Origin: a bacterium
Lineage (GTDB): Bacteria; Patescibacteriota; Minisyncoccia; Phycocordibacterales; UBA918
Direction: 5' to 3'
Assembly (NCBI GenBank): GCA_027487145.1
Contig: JAIYEC010000070.1
Coordinates: 4,477 to 68,476, forward strand
DNA length: 64,000 nucleotides
Below the pieces are notes generated by a model, which saw nothing but the letters and a program-made list of their open reading frames with translations, had not been told where the DNA came from and did not search any database. This document shows, piece after piece, positions 55,900-64,000 of this stretch (the stretch's first letter is position 1; each line of letters begins with the position of its first letter). The position numbers and the translations under genes are program-made.

Positions 55900-58143
55900 C
55901 TACCACCACAATCCTGGCAAACCAGCGGCTTTCATCTGAGCCCGGGTAATTGCTCCGAAGTAACCAGAAGCTGGGACAATACCGTATTTTAGTTGGTATT
56001 CAATCAGCGCTTGTTCGGTGTAATTGATGAAATCACCAGTCGCAGTTACTCGAGCGAGTTCTCGGGCTTTTGGTCCAGTGTTATGATTAATCAATAACAC
56101 CTGCAAGGCTTGAACGTCTTCCCCGCTTAGGCCACGGTACAAATCACGAACAATCAGACCAGTCACATCCACCACCGGTTGAACCGCTTGATCAAGAATC
56201 GTAATCACCACAGCCGGTAGCTCGATTCCCGCCATACGCGCTGCTTCAAAGACAGCCCTGTTTTGATTAATAAATTCTCGGAGTGAAGCAGGTACTGTTA
56301 TATTCTGACTTATCTCAGTATCCGCTTTGCTATCTGTTGGATTAGTTGTTCGACGAGTACCTCCTCCGCCACTGCGTCGAGGCTCATCTTCATCGACAGA
56401 GGTAAAGTTCTGCCAACGGAAAAATGGATAGCCTCCATTTTCGCTTGGGTTAATACCCCAGATAGTAGTGAAGTTCCAGCCGGCACCAGTGTAGGTACTA
56501 CTCATTTTCATTCCTGGGGTTGCAATACCACTTCCAGCTCCAGAAGCGGATTGATTACTAGCTACACTATCCCAAAATGACGCAGTGATAGTATTTTCAT
56601 CTGACTCTCCAATCAGACCACCTACAAACGTATTTCCTGTCACTAAACCGCGCGCGTATACATTTATATATTGTGAATTTGATACTTGTCCACTAAAGCC
56701 ACCAACATAATTAGTTCCGGTTACCGTCCCTGCCGCGTAGCCATCAGTAATGGTCATGCCTCCGCTACTGCCAAGGAACCCTCCGACCTGGTCGCTACCT
56801 GTTACATCTCCAGTGGCAAACACTTGACTCATGGTCGAGCCAGGTCCTTCACAGCCATCATTACCAGTAAAACCTCCTGCACTGGCACCTGTTGCAGTCA
56901 CATCACCAGTTGCGTAAGCACGTACGATTTCTGCACCACACCCACTGCTCCCGAACATACCGCCGACAGATTCAGTACCTGTCACATCGCCGGTTGCAAA
57001 GCTATTCAAGACATAACCACTTGAAAACCGTCCAGCAAAGCCTCCAATTGAAAATTCCGTTCCACTCACATCACCAGTAGCTGAACTAGTTGCAACACTA
57101 GCATCACTAGCTGAGCCAATGAGTCCTCCGACTTCATTGAGACCCTCTATCACTCCGGAAGCAGCAGCGTAACTGACACTACTTTCAGTCAGACTCCCTA
57201 CCAACCCTGCGACTCTACGATTTCCGGTTACGTCACTGGTACTGGTAGCATACGAAACAGTGGCATTATTCTCGACGGTACCGGCAATTCCACCAATCCG
57301 ATCTCCACGCTTCCCGTTATCATTTGTGCCATCAATTTCACCGGTTGAAACAACTCGAGTCAAAGAACCCCGCTCCATTCGTCCTACGATACCACCAATA
57401 TCTTCACCTCCATCAATAAATGCTGTCGATGTTGCATAAGTAATGGTTGTATCAAGAGCACTTCCGACGACACCACCAATAATGATTCCGCTTCCTTTAA
57501 CAGCACCACCAACAACAACATTTGAAATTGTAGTTCCGTTAGTATAGCCAGCGACTCCTCCGCCATATTCCCCCCAACGGGTCCAGATACAAGCGGCTGG
57601 CTGACATACATCTGGGGTACTCATGACATCAATTCCAAGATATGTAACACCAACATTTACTTGAACATTTTCAATGATACCTCCTACTGCATATCCAACT
57701 AAACCACCAACATATCGATACCCCTTGATTGCTACATTGGTGAGACGGATATTCTCCAGTGTCGCGTCTTCTGTATACCCAAACAATCCAACATGCTGTT
57801 CGTCATCAACTCCTTCTCCTGGCAAATCGTCTGCTCGTTCAATAAATAAGTCTCGAATTTCAAAGTTCTGCCCATCAAGTGAACCAATAAATTTTGCTGT
57901 GCTGGTACCAACTGGAGTAAAGCCCTTTCCTCCGTTCCACAAAGTGGTAACACCACATTCGATATGATTCTCTAGTCGATAGTGGGCATCAAGATCATCA
58001 GCCATTTCTCGTAATCCATCACAATCTGTAATTTGGTATGGATCATTTATTGTTCCAGCCCCAGCTCCCGTAAACGCTTCAGCGGCAGTTCCATAAGTTG
58101 CAAAAATAAAAACACTGATTGCAACAAGTTTAGGTAAATTCAT
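55900..58143 (-). CDS. GLUG-repeat surface protein with C-terminal peptidoglycan-binding-like domain
   Basis: Signal peptide, GAGTINDPYQI, repeated VGGLVG/ATGDVTG, GLSGEDVQALQ..GYFGAITR. Confidence 0.88.
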   Translation of the reverse strand: MNLPKLVAISVFIFATYGTAAEAFTGAGAGTINDPYQITDCDGLREMADDLDAHYRLENHIECGVTTLWNGGKGFTPVGTSTAKFIGSLDGQNFEIRDLFIERADDLPGEGVDDEQHVGLFGYTEDATLENIRLTNVAIKGYRYVGGLVGYAVGGIIENVQVNVGVTYLGIDVMSTPDVCQPAACIWTRWGEYGGGVAGYTNGTTISNVVVGGAVKGSGIIIGGVVGSALDTTITYATSTAFIDGGEDIGGIVGRMERGSLTRVVSTGEIDGTNDNGKRGDRIGGIAGTVENNATVSYATSTSDVTGNRRVAGLVGSLTESSVSYAAASGVIEGLNEVGGLIGSASDASVATSSATGDVSGTEFSIGGFAGRFSSGYVLNSFATGDVTGTESVGGMFGSSGCGAEIVRAYATGDVTATGASAGGFTGNDGCEGPGSTMSQVFATGDVTGSDQVGGFLGSSGGMTITDGYAAGTVTGTNYVGGFSGQVSNSQYINVYARGLVTGNTFVGGLIGESDENTITASFWDSVASNQSASGAGSGIATPGMKMSSTYTGAGWNFTTIWGINPSENGGYPFFRWQNFTSVDEDEPRRSGGGGTRRTTNPTDSKADTEISQNITVPASLREFINQNRAVFEAARMAGIELPAVVITILDQAVQPVVDVTGLIVRDLYRGLSGEDVQALQVLLINHNTGPKARELARVTATGDFINYTEQALIEYQLKYGIVPASGYFGAITRAQMKAAGLPGLWW

Positions 58144-58279
58144 AAAATGTATTAGTTATATGTAAACCTATTATAACAGTGGGTACCAACAGTATAGACG
58201 TTCCTGGGGACTTAAAACCATTTATTTTCTTTCATGAAAGCGCTATCTTCTACTCTCAGGGAGGAGTATACTCATATAT

Positions 58280-58912
58280 ATGTATTACTATATTTTAGGA
58301 GCGGTAGTGGTAGGAGTATTGTTATGGACCATTGGGAGCTACCTAGTTATCCGAAATATTGAAGAACCAAAATATACAGTATTGGAAAAACGAGATGGGT
58401 ATGAAATCAGACAGTATGATCCATACATCCTGGCCCAAACGACTGTGACTGGAAGTTATGATGAAGCTACTAATAAAGGCTTTCGGATTATTGCTGATTA
58501 CATTTTTGGGAACAACACCAAAAAAGAAAGTATTGCCATGACTACACCAGTCTTAGAAACCAAGCCGGTATCAGAAAAAATTTCTATGACGACACCAGTG
58601 CTTGAGACCTCTCTTGAAAGTAATCAGCGTGTTATCGCATTTGTCTTACCTTCACAGTACACGCTTGAAACACTCCCCACCCCAAACAACCAAGCTGTAA
58701 CCTTCACGGAAGTCCCTGGTGAAAAAGTGGCAGCACTCACCTTTACCTGGTACGCAAGCGAAGAGAGAATGGAGACTAAGAAGGCTCTCTTGCAAGAACA
58801 CCTTACTCGTGACAACTTCACAGCAGCAGGAGAACCAAAAACAGCTCGTTACAATCCCCCACTTTCTATGCCGCTCATGCTTCGAAATGAAGTGTTGATT
58901 CCGATTGAATAA
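58280..58912 (+). CDS. SOUL heme-binding family protein
   Basis: IEEPKYTV..YEIRQY, GFRIIADYIFGNN, IAMTTPV, ARYNPP..RNEV. Confidence 0.92.
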   Translation: MYYYILGAVVVGVLLWTIGSYLVIRNIEEPKYTVLEKRDGYEIRQYDPYILAQTTVTGSYDEATNKGFRIIADYIFGNNTKKESIAMTTPVLETKPVSEKISMTTPVLETSLESNQRVIAFVLPSQYTLETLPTPNNQAVTFTEVPGEKVAALTFTWYASEERMETKKALLQEHLTRDNFTAAGEPKTARYNPPLSMPLMLRNEVLIPIE

Positions 58913-58915
58913 TCT

Positions 58916-59395
58916 TTAGCGGATATATCCATTCGCCTTTAAGTAGGTGGTCGTGAGGATGGGTTTGTCATGAAGATTTTTTGCTTTTATAACCTTCCCC
59001 ACAAGTAGACTGTGATCTCCGCTCGTCTCAATCAGCTGCTCGACGTGTAGCGTCATAATTCCTGCGGCTGTCTTTAAATAAGAGAGATTACCTTCTTCAC
59101 CTAGTTCAAACCGTTTTTTAAGACGGCTGATTTTATTAATTTTAGTTCCAGAGAGTTGTCCGCATATGCGTACAACGGGAGCCAAGTCTTCCCCTAAGAG
59201 TTGTAAGAGGACAGTCTCTCCAACCGCAACATTTTTGAGTGTCTGTGTGTCTCTATAGACTGCGACCATCATGAGTTTTGGGTCAAGCGAAACCGCTGTT
59301 ACATACGTACAGATATTCATGTTAGGTACTCCATCTGATGACACTGTCGACAAACTCCATACAGCGTCGTCCGGGCGATTCCATAGCTTTCTCAT
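58916..59395 (-). CDS. Flavin reductase-like protein
   Basis: VTAVSLDPKLMMVAV, SGDHSLLVGKV. Confidence 0.8.
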   Translation of the reverse strand: MRKLWNRPDDAVWSLSTVSSDGVPNMNICTYVTAVSLDPKLMMVAVYRDTQTLKNVAVGETVLLQLLGEDLAPVVRICGQLSGTKINKISRLKKRFELGEEGNLSYLKTAAGIMTLHVEQLIETSGDHSLLVGKVIKAKNLHDKPILTTTYLKANGYIR

Positions 59396-59437
59396 AGGAC
59401 TATTCTACGCGACAAAATTTTAGGTACAATAGTGTCT

Positions 59438-59680
59438 ATGAAAGCACTGACTGAGATTGATATTGAACAGATCATTTTGATGGCCTGGGGAGATACTATT
59501 CCGTTTGAAGCCATCAAGCGTGAATACGGGCTAACCGAGAATCAGGTGCGTGTTCTTATGCGAAAGCATCAATCTGAAAAAACGTATCGCCGTTGGCGCG
59601 AACGGGTTGAAAAGCGCAGTGGCTTCAGTAGTAAGCACGAGCAACTGAGTACAAAAACCTCAACAAGGCAAAAATATTAA
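59438..59680 (+). CDS. TIGR03643/DUF2805 family small protein
   Basis: IILMAWGDTIPFEAIKREYGLTE..LMR..WRERV. Confidence 0.8.
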   Translation: MKALTEIDIEQIILMAWGDTIPFEAIKREYGLTENQVRVLMRKHQSEKTYRRWRERVEKRSGFSSKHEQLSTKTSTRQKY

Positions 59681-60759
59681 TCTCCCTGACAAGCCTGCCA
59701 GAATTTGAAGAAGCTTTGATGGTAGCCAGTCACCTGCGGGAATAATTCTGCTACAGGATCTTTGTATCCAGATACATGTTCAGTGGTTGGATGTGCTTTT
59801 GAATAGACCGTGGCATTTTCAATGCCAGGAATCGTCTCAGCATTTCCGACAAATATCTTAGCGGTCGGGACGTGCATTCTAAGCAGAGCTATCATATGCT
59901 CAAGAACGAGCGGCGATACCGGGAAACGGTCAAAAAGTCTTGGCTCGATGATAAAAATTCTCTCTCCAGCTTCATCTTTTCGCCACAATGGATCAATACT
60001 CCACGGGTGGTAGAGAAGTACTGTTTTACCTGACACATCTGCAATGACATCAGCTGTTGGATACGTCATTTCAAAATTAAACGGGCTGTGTGTCAGGAGC
60101 GCCAGAGGAACATCTCCCACTCCAATCAGTTCAATTGGCATATCCAAATAGGTACCCTGCTGATGTACGTCACTACAGTTGTTTATGAGTGACTGATTTG
60201 CAACATACTGTTTTTGAACCGACGTACCAGCCACCCACTGCCACGACAACGTGTTTGAAGCCAGATCTCCGTCAATCAAATGGTAATAGAGAAATCGACT
60301 CATGTTATACCAGTGTGCCTTCCCCACATTACACGCCAGCATAGCAGTCCACATTCGCGCATGGTTGTGCATGTACCCTGTCTCCATTAATTCCTTAAGG
60401 GTATTGTCTATGACAGTGATTCCTGTAGAAGCAGTAGCAATAGCGGTGGTTACTTCTGTATGATGCCAGTCATCCCGGGAAAACCTCAAGTCAGAAAAAA
60501 TCTCCTGCTGTTTTGTTGTGAACACCTTTTGGAAATACTCTCGCCAGGCGAGTTCTTGGATGAACTTTTCAGCATTTGCTTGAGAGTACTTTTGGAGAAT
60601 CCGGTCTCTGACGGCCGGCAAGCTAATCACCCCTCGCGTAATGTATGGCGACAATCTTGAAACCGCACCGGTGAGATGATTACGGGTTTTGGCATACGTT
60701 ACTGGATTTATAGTGTCGATATATTCAAGAATTTCTTGATAAGAAAGGTGTGGGTTCAT
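59677..60759 (-). CDS. Short photolyase-family flavoprotein with the FAD domain at the N-terminus
   Basis: YAKTRN..SRLSPYI, QELAWREYF, GYMHNHARMW, LIDGDLASNTLSWQWVAG. Confidence 0.88.
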   Translation of the reverse strand: MNPHLSYQEILEYIDTINPVTYAKTRNHLTGAVSRLSPYITRGVISLPAVRDRILQKYSQANAEKFIQELAWREYFQKVFTTKQQEIFSDLRFSRDDWHHTEVTTAIATASTGITVIDNTLKELMETGYMHNHARMWTAMLACNVGKAHWYNMSRFLYYHLIDGDLASNTLSWQWVAGTSVQKQYVANQSLINNCSDVHQQGTYLDMPIELIGVGDVPLALLTHSPFNFEMTYPTADVIADVSGKTVLLYHPWSIDPLWRKDEAGERIFIIEPRLFDRFPVSPLVLEHMIALLRMHVPTAKIFVGNAETIPGIENATVYSKAHPTTEHVSGYKDPVAELFPQVTGYHQSFFKFWQACQGD

Positions 60760-60760
60760 T

Positions 60761-61198
60761 TTAGAGTAACGGTAAACTTTTTACTTTTTGTAAAACATCT
60801 TTTGAGTTTTGGTGACTTAAGAGTGTCAGAGCATCATCAAATGTACACCAGCGAATCTCTTTAATTTCGTGTGGTTGTGAAATATGAGTATCTGAGGATT
60901 TACACACCCCAACAAAATACTCGACTGTTTTCTCAATCCGTACTCCTTCGTGCGTGAACGAATAAGAGACAGCTATCGGAGTTTTGTCAATCAGTTCAAC
61001 TTCACTCACACCTGTTTCCTCCTGTAATTCACGCAAAGCTGCCTTAATTGGTGTCTCCCCTTTTTCAGCGTGACCTTTGGGAAAAATCCAAAAATCATCG
61101 CCTCGGTATGAGATCTGATGCACGACAAGCACCCGCCATGCGGTGCCATTATTATAAAGCGGAACGATACCATATGAGATATCTTGTTTGGTTTCCAT
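60761..61198 (-). CDS. NUDIX hydrolase (Ap4A-hydrolase-like)
   Basis: WIFPKGHAEKGETPIKAALRELQEETG. Confidence 0.9.
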   Translation of the reverse strand: METKQDISYGIVPLYNNGTAWRVLVVHQISYRGDDFWIFPKGHAEKGETPIKAALRELQEETGVSEVELIDKTPIAVSYSFTHEGVRIEKTVEYFVGVCKSSDTHISQPHEIKEIRWCTFDDALTLLSHQNSKDVLQKVKSLPLL

Positions 61199-61253
61199 AC
61201 AAGCAGTATACGATTTTAGAGACCAATACTCTATAGGTTGCTATACTATTACT

Positions 61254-62135
61254 ATGCGCAGTGAGCTATCAATAGAACCCCAAACATCGGGATTTGAGAC
61301 CTTGGGTCCCACTATCCTTAAAAATATTGAACGGTTTAGAAAAGCCACCGGCTGGGAACAATTTAAAGAGGAGTTAGAACGAGTAATGCGTGCTTATTAT
61401 GATGTCCTTGATAACTTCTCCGCAAGCAAACCTCCTCGCTCTCACACACTTGAAAAACAAGATTCAGAACCTGAATCCTTTGAACGGGCTCTTCAACAAT
61501 TTAAAGAGTTCTATGCTCCAAAAGAACTGATAAAGAGAATATTCGAACAATTTCCACAGCATGGCATCTACGAAAACCATGATGTAGTTGGTAATCGTGA
61601 AGAAGGGACAGGACATGGACATCGGTACATTTTAGAGCGGTTCATATCAGAAGCAGCCGAAGAAGCTGTTCGAATCTATTTTTTGGATCCTGAACATCAT
61701 GTAGGAGCAAAAAATTTCCTCCGACCAGCTATTTTGAATCTCATGGCAATGGAAGTAAATGAGGAGCTAAGTGAATTTGAATTACGGACATTGCGAGTAC
61801 GGACTGAAACAATCGATGAGTCAGTTCTCAGTAACTTTAGTAAATTAAAACATTTAGCAGAGCTTCTCTTAAAAAACAACGTAACTCCAGATCGGTTAGA
61901 AGCACTTGATATTGACCCAAGAGAAGTAATTTATTTTGCTTCAGCAGCATCAGAGGCGGTGTCAATTATGTCCAGATATGTCGGTGAGAATGGCATTAAG
62001 GCAATTCACAACAATGGATTACTGCCACGTTTTATACTTGGGAAAATTCTCTCTCACCAAGGTCTCTTAAGAAGAATTATTCAAAAAGCGGCGGCAGGTA
62101 AATATCGCTCGAAAGAATCCGGTGCTGATGAATAA
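61254..62135 (+). CDS. Hypothetical helical protein
   Basis: Long ORF; ATG 6 nt after TATACT; terminator at 62135-62171. Confidence 0.6.
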   Translation: MRSELSIEPQTSGFETLGPTILKNIERFRKATGWEQFKEELERVMRAYYDVLDNFSASKPPRSHTLEKQDSEPESFERALQQFKEFYAPKELIKRIFEQFPQHGIYENHDVVGNREEGTGHGHRYILERFISEAAEEAVRIYFLDPEHHVGAKNFLRPAILNLMAMEVNEELSEFELRTLRVRTETIDESVLSNFSKLKHLAELLLKNNVTPDRLEALDIDPREVIYFASAASEAVSIMSRYVGENGIKAIHNNGLLPRFILGKILSHQGLLRRIIQKAAAGKYRSKESGADE

Positions 62136-62172
62136 AAAACAAAAACCGCACAATGTGCGGTTTTTGTTTTTA

Positions 62173-62371
62173 GTGTCCAGGACTGGAGTTGGTCACGAAT
62201 CACTAAGTAGATTTTTCGTCTTCGACTCCCAATCTCCTAAGTGTTCTCGACCCCGTCTCGCTAGCTCACAAGCTCACATCGCTCCGACTTTCAACTCCAG
62301 ACGAACGACGCGCAGGCGTCCTTCTTCCTGGACACAATTAAAAAAACCGGCATACGCCGGCTTTTTTAATT
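62173..62371 (-). repeat. tRNA-matched structured element, copy Leu
   Basis: 19-bp direct repeat of the tRNA-Leu 3' end (62173-62191 = 62372-62390), split inverted copy at 62290-62335, same scaffold as 53364-53567. Confidence 0.88.
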
Positions 62372-62372
62372 G

Positions 62373-62456
62373 TGTCCAGGACTGGAGTTGAACCAGCATG
62401 CCCGTGAAGGCGCTACCACCTCAAGGTAGTGCGTCTACCAATTTCGCCACCTGGAC
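62373..62456 (-). tRNA. tRNA-Leu (GAG)
   Basis: Acceptor GTCCAGG/CCTGGAC, anticodon arm CTACC-TTGAGGT-GGTAG, long variable arm, GGTTCAACTCC; CCA not encoded. Confidence 0.95.
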
Positions 62457-62506
62457 AGTATTGGTACCTCTTTTAGAAGTGGCGCTATTATGCATTAAAC
62501 TAGCTA

Positions 62507-63370
62507 TTATTTCAACTCCCTCTCGGTCCACTCCTTTGGGTCACCAATCAACGCCAAGGCCCGTTCATGGATGTCTTCATACGAGACAAATAGTGAAGGT
62601 TTTATTGAAAAATCAGCTCCATATAAATCCTTTACTGGACCGTCATGTTTAACCCAGCGATCACCCGAAAAGACGCTCACCACTCCGCCGCCAGCCAGCA
62701 CTAAATATACTCCCGCGGCTGAATCCCAAGCGTTCATCTCTATCTGCAGTAATCCTTCAAGCTTTCCAGTCGCTACATACGCATGCTCAAGCAGTGAAGA
62801 GTGATAGTGTCCTGATTTGCCGAATTCTCTGTATAGTGCTTTTTGGAGGTTTTGTCGAGCCATCTTTATCCAAGGAGCACTACTATTGGTGCCAGTCACC
62901 GTCACAAAATTTCGTCCGGCAACTGACTGTGTTACTCCTACACGTTCTACTCCATTCTCACACAATTGTATATTTTCAAAAGCAGAGAATATTTGGCGAC
63001 TAGCTGGGTTATAGATAATCGAAAATGTCCCTTCATTATCTTCCCCGAGTCGAGCAACTGTTATCGCAAAAAAGGGGATCTTTCTCACGAAATTATCTGT
63101 GCCGTCGATGGGGTCTATCACCCAAACAAATTTTGAAGTTCCAGAGACAAATCCTTCTTCTTCACCATAAATAGCATCGTCTGGAAAATTATCTTTTATA
63201 AAGAGTTTTAGCTTTTTTTCAATTATTGCATCAACTTCAGTAACCACGGAACCATCGTATTTTTGGGTATTTTCTGAGTGTATACCGAAAAAATAATTCC
63301 GAGCAATATCTCCCAGCTCTCCCTCGACATAATTCACCAGTGTTTGAAACGTAGTTTCAATATCAGACAT
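62507..63370 (-). CDS. Inositol monophosphatase family protein
   Basis: VVTEVD, GEE, WVIDPIDGTDNF, WDSAAG. Confidence 0.92.
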   Translation of the reverse strand: MSDIETTFQTLVNYVEGELGDIARNYFFGIHSENTQKYDGSVVTEVDAIIEKKLKLFIKDNFPDDAIYGEEEGFVSGTSKFVWVIDPIDGTDNFVRKIPFFAITVARLGEDNEGTFSIIYNPASRQIFSAFENIQLCENGVERVGVTQSVAGRNFVTVTGTNSSAPWIKMARQNLQKALYREFGKSGHYHSSLLEHAYVATGKLEGLLQIEMNAWDSAAGVYLVLAGGGVVSVFSGDRWVKHDGPVKDLYGADFSIKPSLFVSYEDIHERALALIGDPKEWTERELK

Positions 63371-63470
63371 GAAGGTATAATGGCACAATAATGAAAAAGA
63401 CGCTAAAAAATCCATACGAACAGGGGTGATGATACGCAAGCTCCTCATCAGTTCAGAGAAAGACGAGAAA

Positions 63471-63507
63471 TAAAAAGAGCCTCCCCTGGTGGGGAGGCTC
63501 TTTTTAT
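63471..63507 (-). terminator. Terminator after rplS
   Basis: AAAAAGAGCCTCCCC..GGGGAGGCTCTTTTT. Confidence 0.85.
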
Positions 63508-63516
63508 TTAAAGATG

Positions 63517-64000
63517 TTAGTCTTTCTTGTCTTCTTCTGGTGTCTCGGCAGTTTCAGCAACTACGTCTTCGACAATATCTGGAGTAACTTCTTCAGCTGG
63601 AGTTTCTGCAGCTGCGGCCTCTGCAGCCTTGGCTTCTTCAGCAGCTACGCGAGTCGCTTCTGCTTCTTCGGCAGCCTTAGCTGCTTCTTCTGCCTTCTTA
63701 GCGGCTTCAGCTTCTTTTTGTGCCATTTCAATTCCTGACTCGGTTGAGATAGAAACGAGACTCATGCGTCGCATTTGTCGCTTAACCTCCCTCGCTACCT
63801 TCTCACGAATGTAGTAGAGTTTTGCTCGACGAACCTTCGCTCGCTTCACAATTTCAATCTTATCAATCATTGGCGAGTAGAGCGGGTAAATCTTTTCGAT
63901 TCCAATCCCTCCTGATACCTTACGGACAGTGAAGGTGGCTCCTGGTTCATCACCATGCTTGCGAGCAAGCACAATTCCTTCAAAAATCTGGATACGAGTC
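63517..64000 (-). CDS. rplS: 50S ribosomal protein L19 with Ala/Glu-rich tail (5'-truncated by window edge)
   Basis: [33 protein letters not shown]. Confidence 0.96.
   Translation of the reverse strand, partial: TRIQIFEGIVLARKHGDEPGATFTVRKVSGGIGIEKIYPLYSPMIDKIEIVKRAKVRRAKLYYIREKVAREVKRQMRRMSLVSISTESGIEMAQKEAEAAKKAEEAAKAAEEAEATRVAAEEAKAAEAAAAETPAEEVTPDIVEDVVAETAETPEEDKKD

Noticed and set aside
56400-57700. Repetitive DNA within the GLUG protein
   Set aside because: Degenerate coding repeats of a known protein motif, not a nucleotide array or DGR variable region; no reverse transcriptase in the window
422-63814. Many antisense ORFs of 60-200 aa overlapping housekeeping genes
   Set aside because: Shadow frames of well-supported genes, with no motifs or start signals

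Overview
Chromosomal segment of a small-genome bacterium, most likely Patescibacteria/CPR (Parcubacteria-like; inferred from gene content, short RecO, IleRS-phosphatase fusion and AT-rich leaderless starts). Standard code 11; genes lie mostly on the minus strand. Housekeeping genes: ftsK, recA, an ECF sigma, efp, rpsF-ssb-rpsR, tatD, metG, glyQS, recO, ileS, argS, a thymidylate/folate cluster (glyA, thyA, dcd, folA, CofE-like ligase), secE-nusG, rplK, class Ia RNR (ATP-cone NrdB plus NrdA), mscL and rplS. Short orphan ORFs are scattered between them. A ~14.4-kb accessory region lies between convergent tRNA-His and tRNA-Leu genes. It holds a HEPN-motif gene, an amber-interrupted large serine recombinase, a DUF3800 gene, ArsR-SRPBCC, a GLUG-repeat surface protein and a photolyase cluster. 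Main unexplained signals: (1) three copies of a ~200-nt structured element with a conserved, covarying scaffold and variable arms matched to the 3' end of the adjacent tRNA (His or Leu), two of which flank a 2.3-kb cassette with reciprocally swapped arms; (2) a ~100-nt structured sRNA with its own promoter and terminator, convergent on the DUF3800 gene; (3) an NrdA with no C-terminal cysteine pair beside an NrdB whose ATP-cone has a two-Cys insert and a structured leader; (4) a second family of dispersed structured intergenic elements with cGNAg triloops. All calls come from reading the sequence by eye; no searches or folding programs were run.
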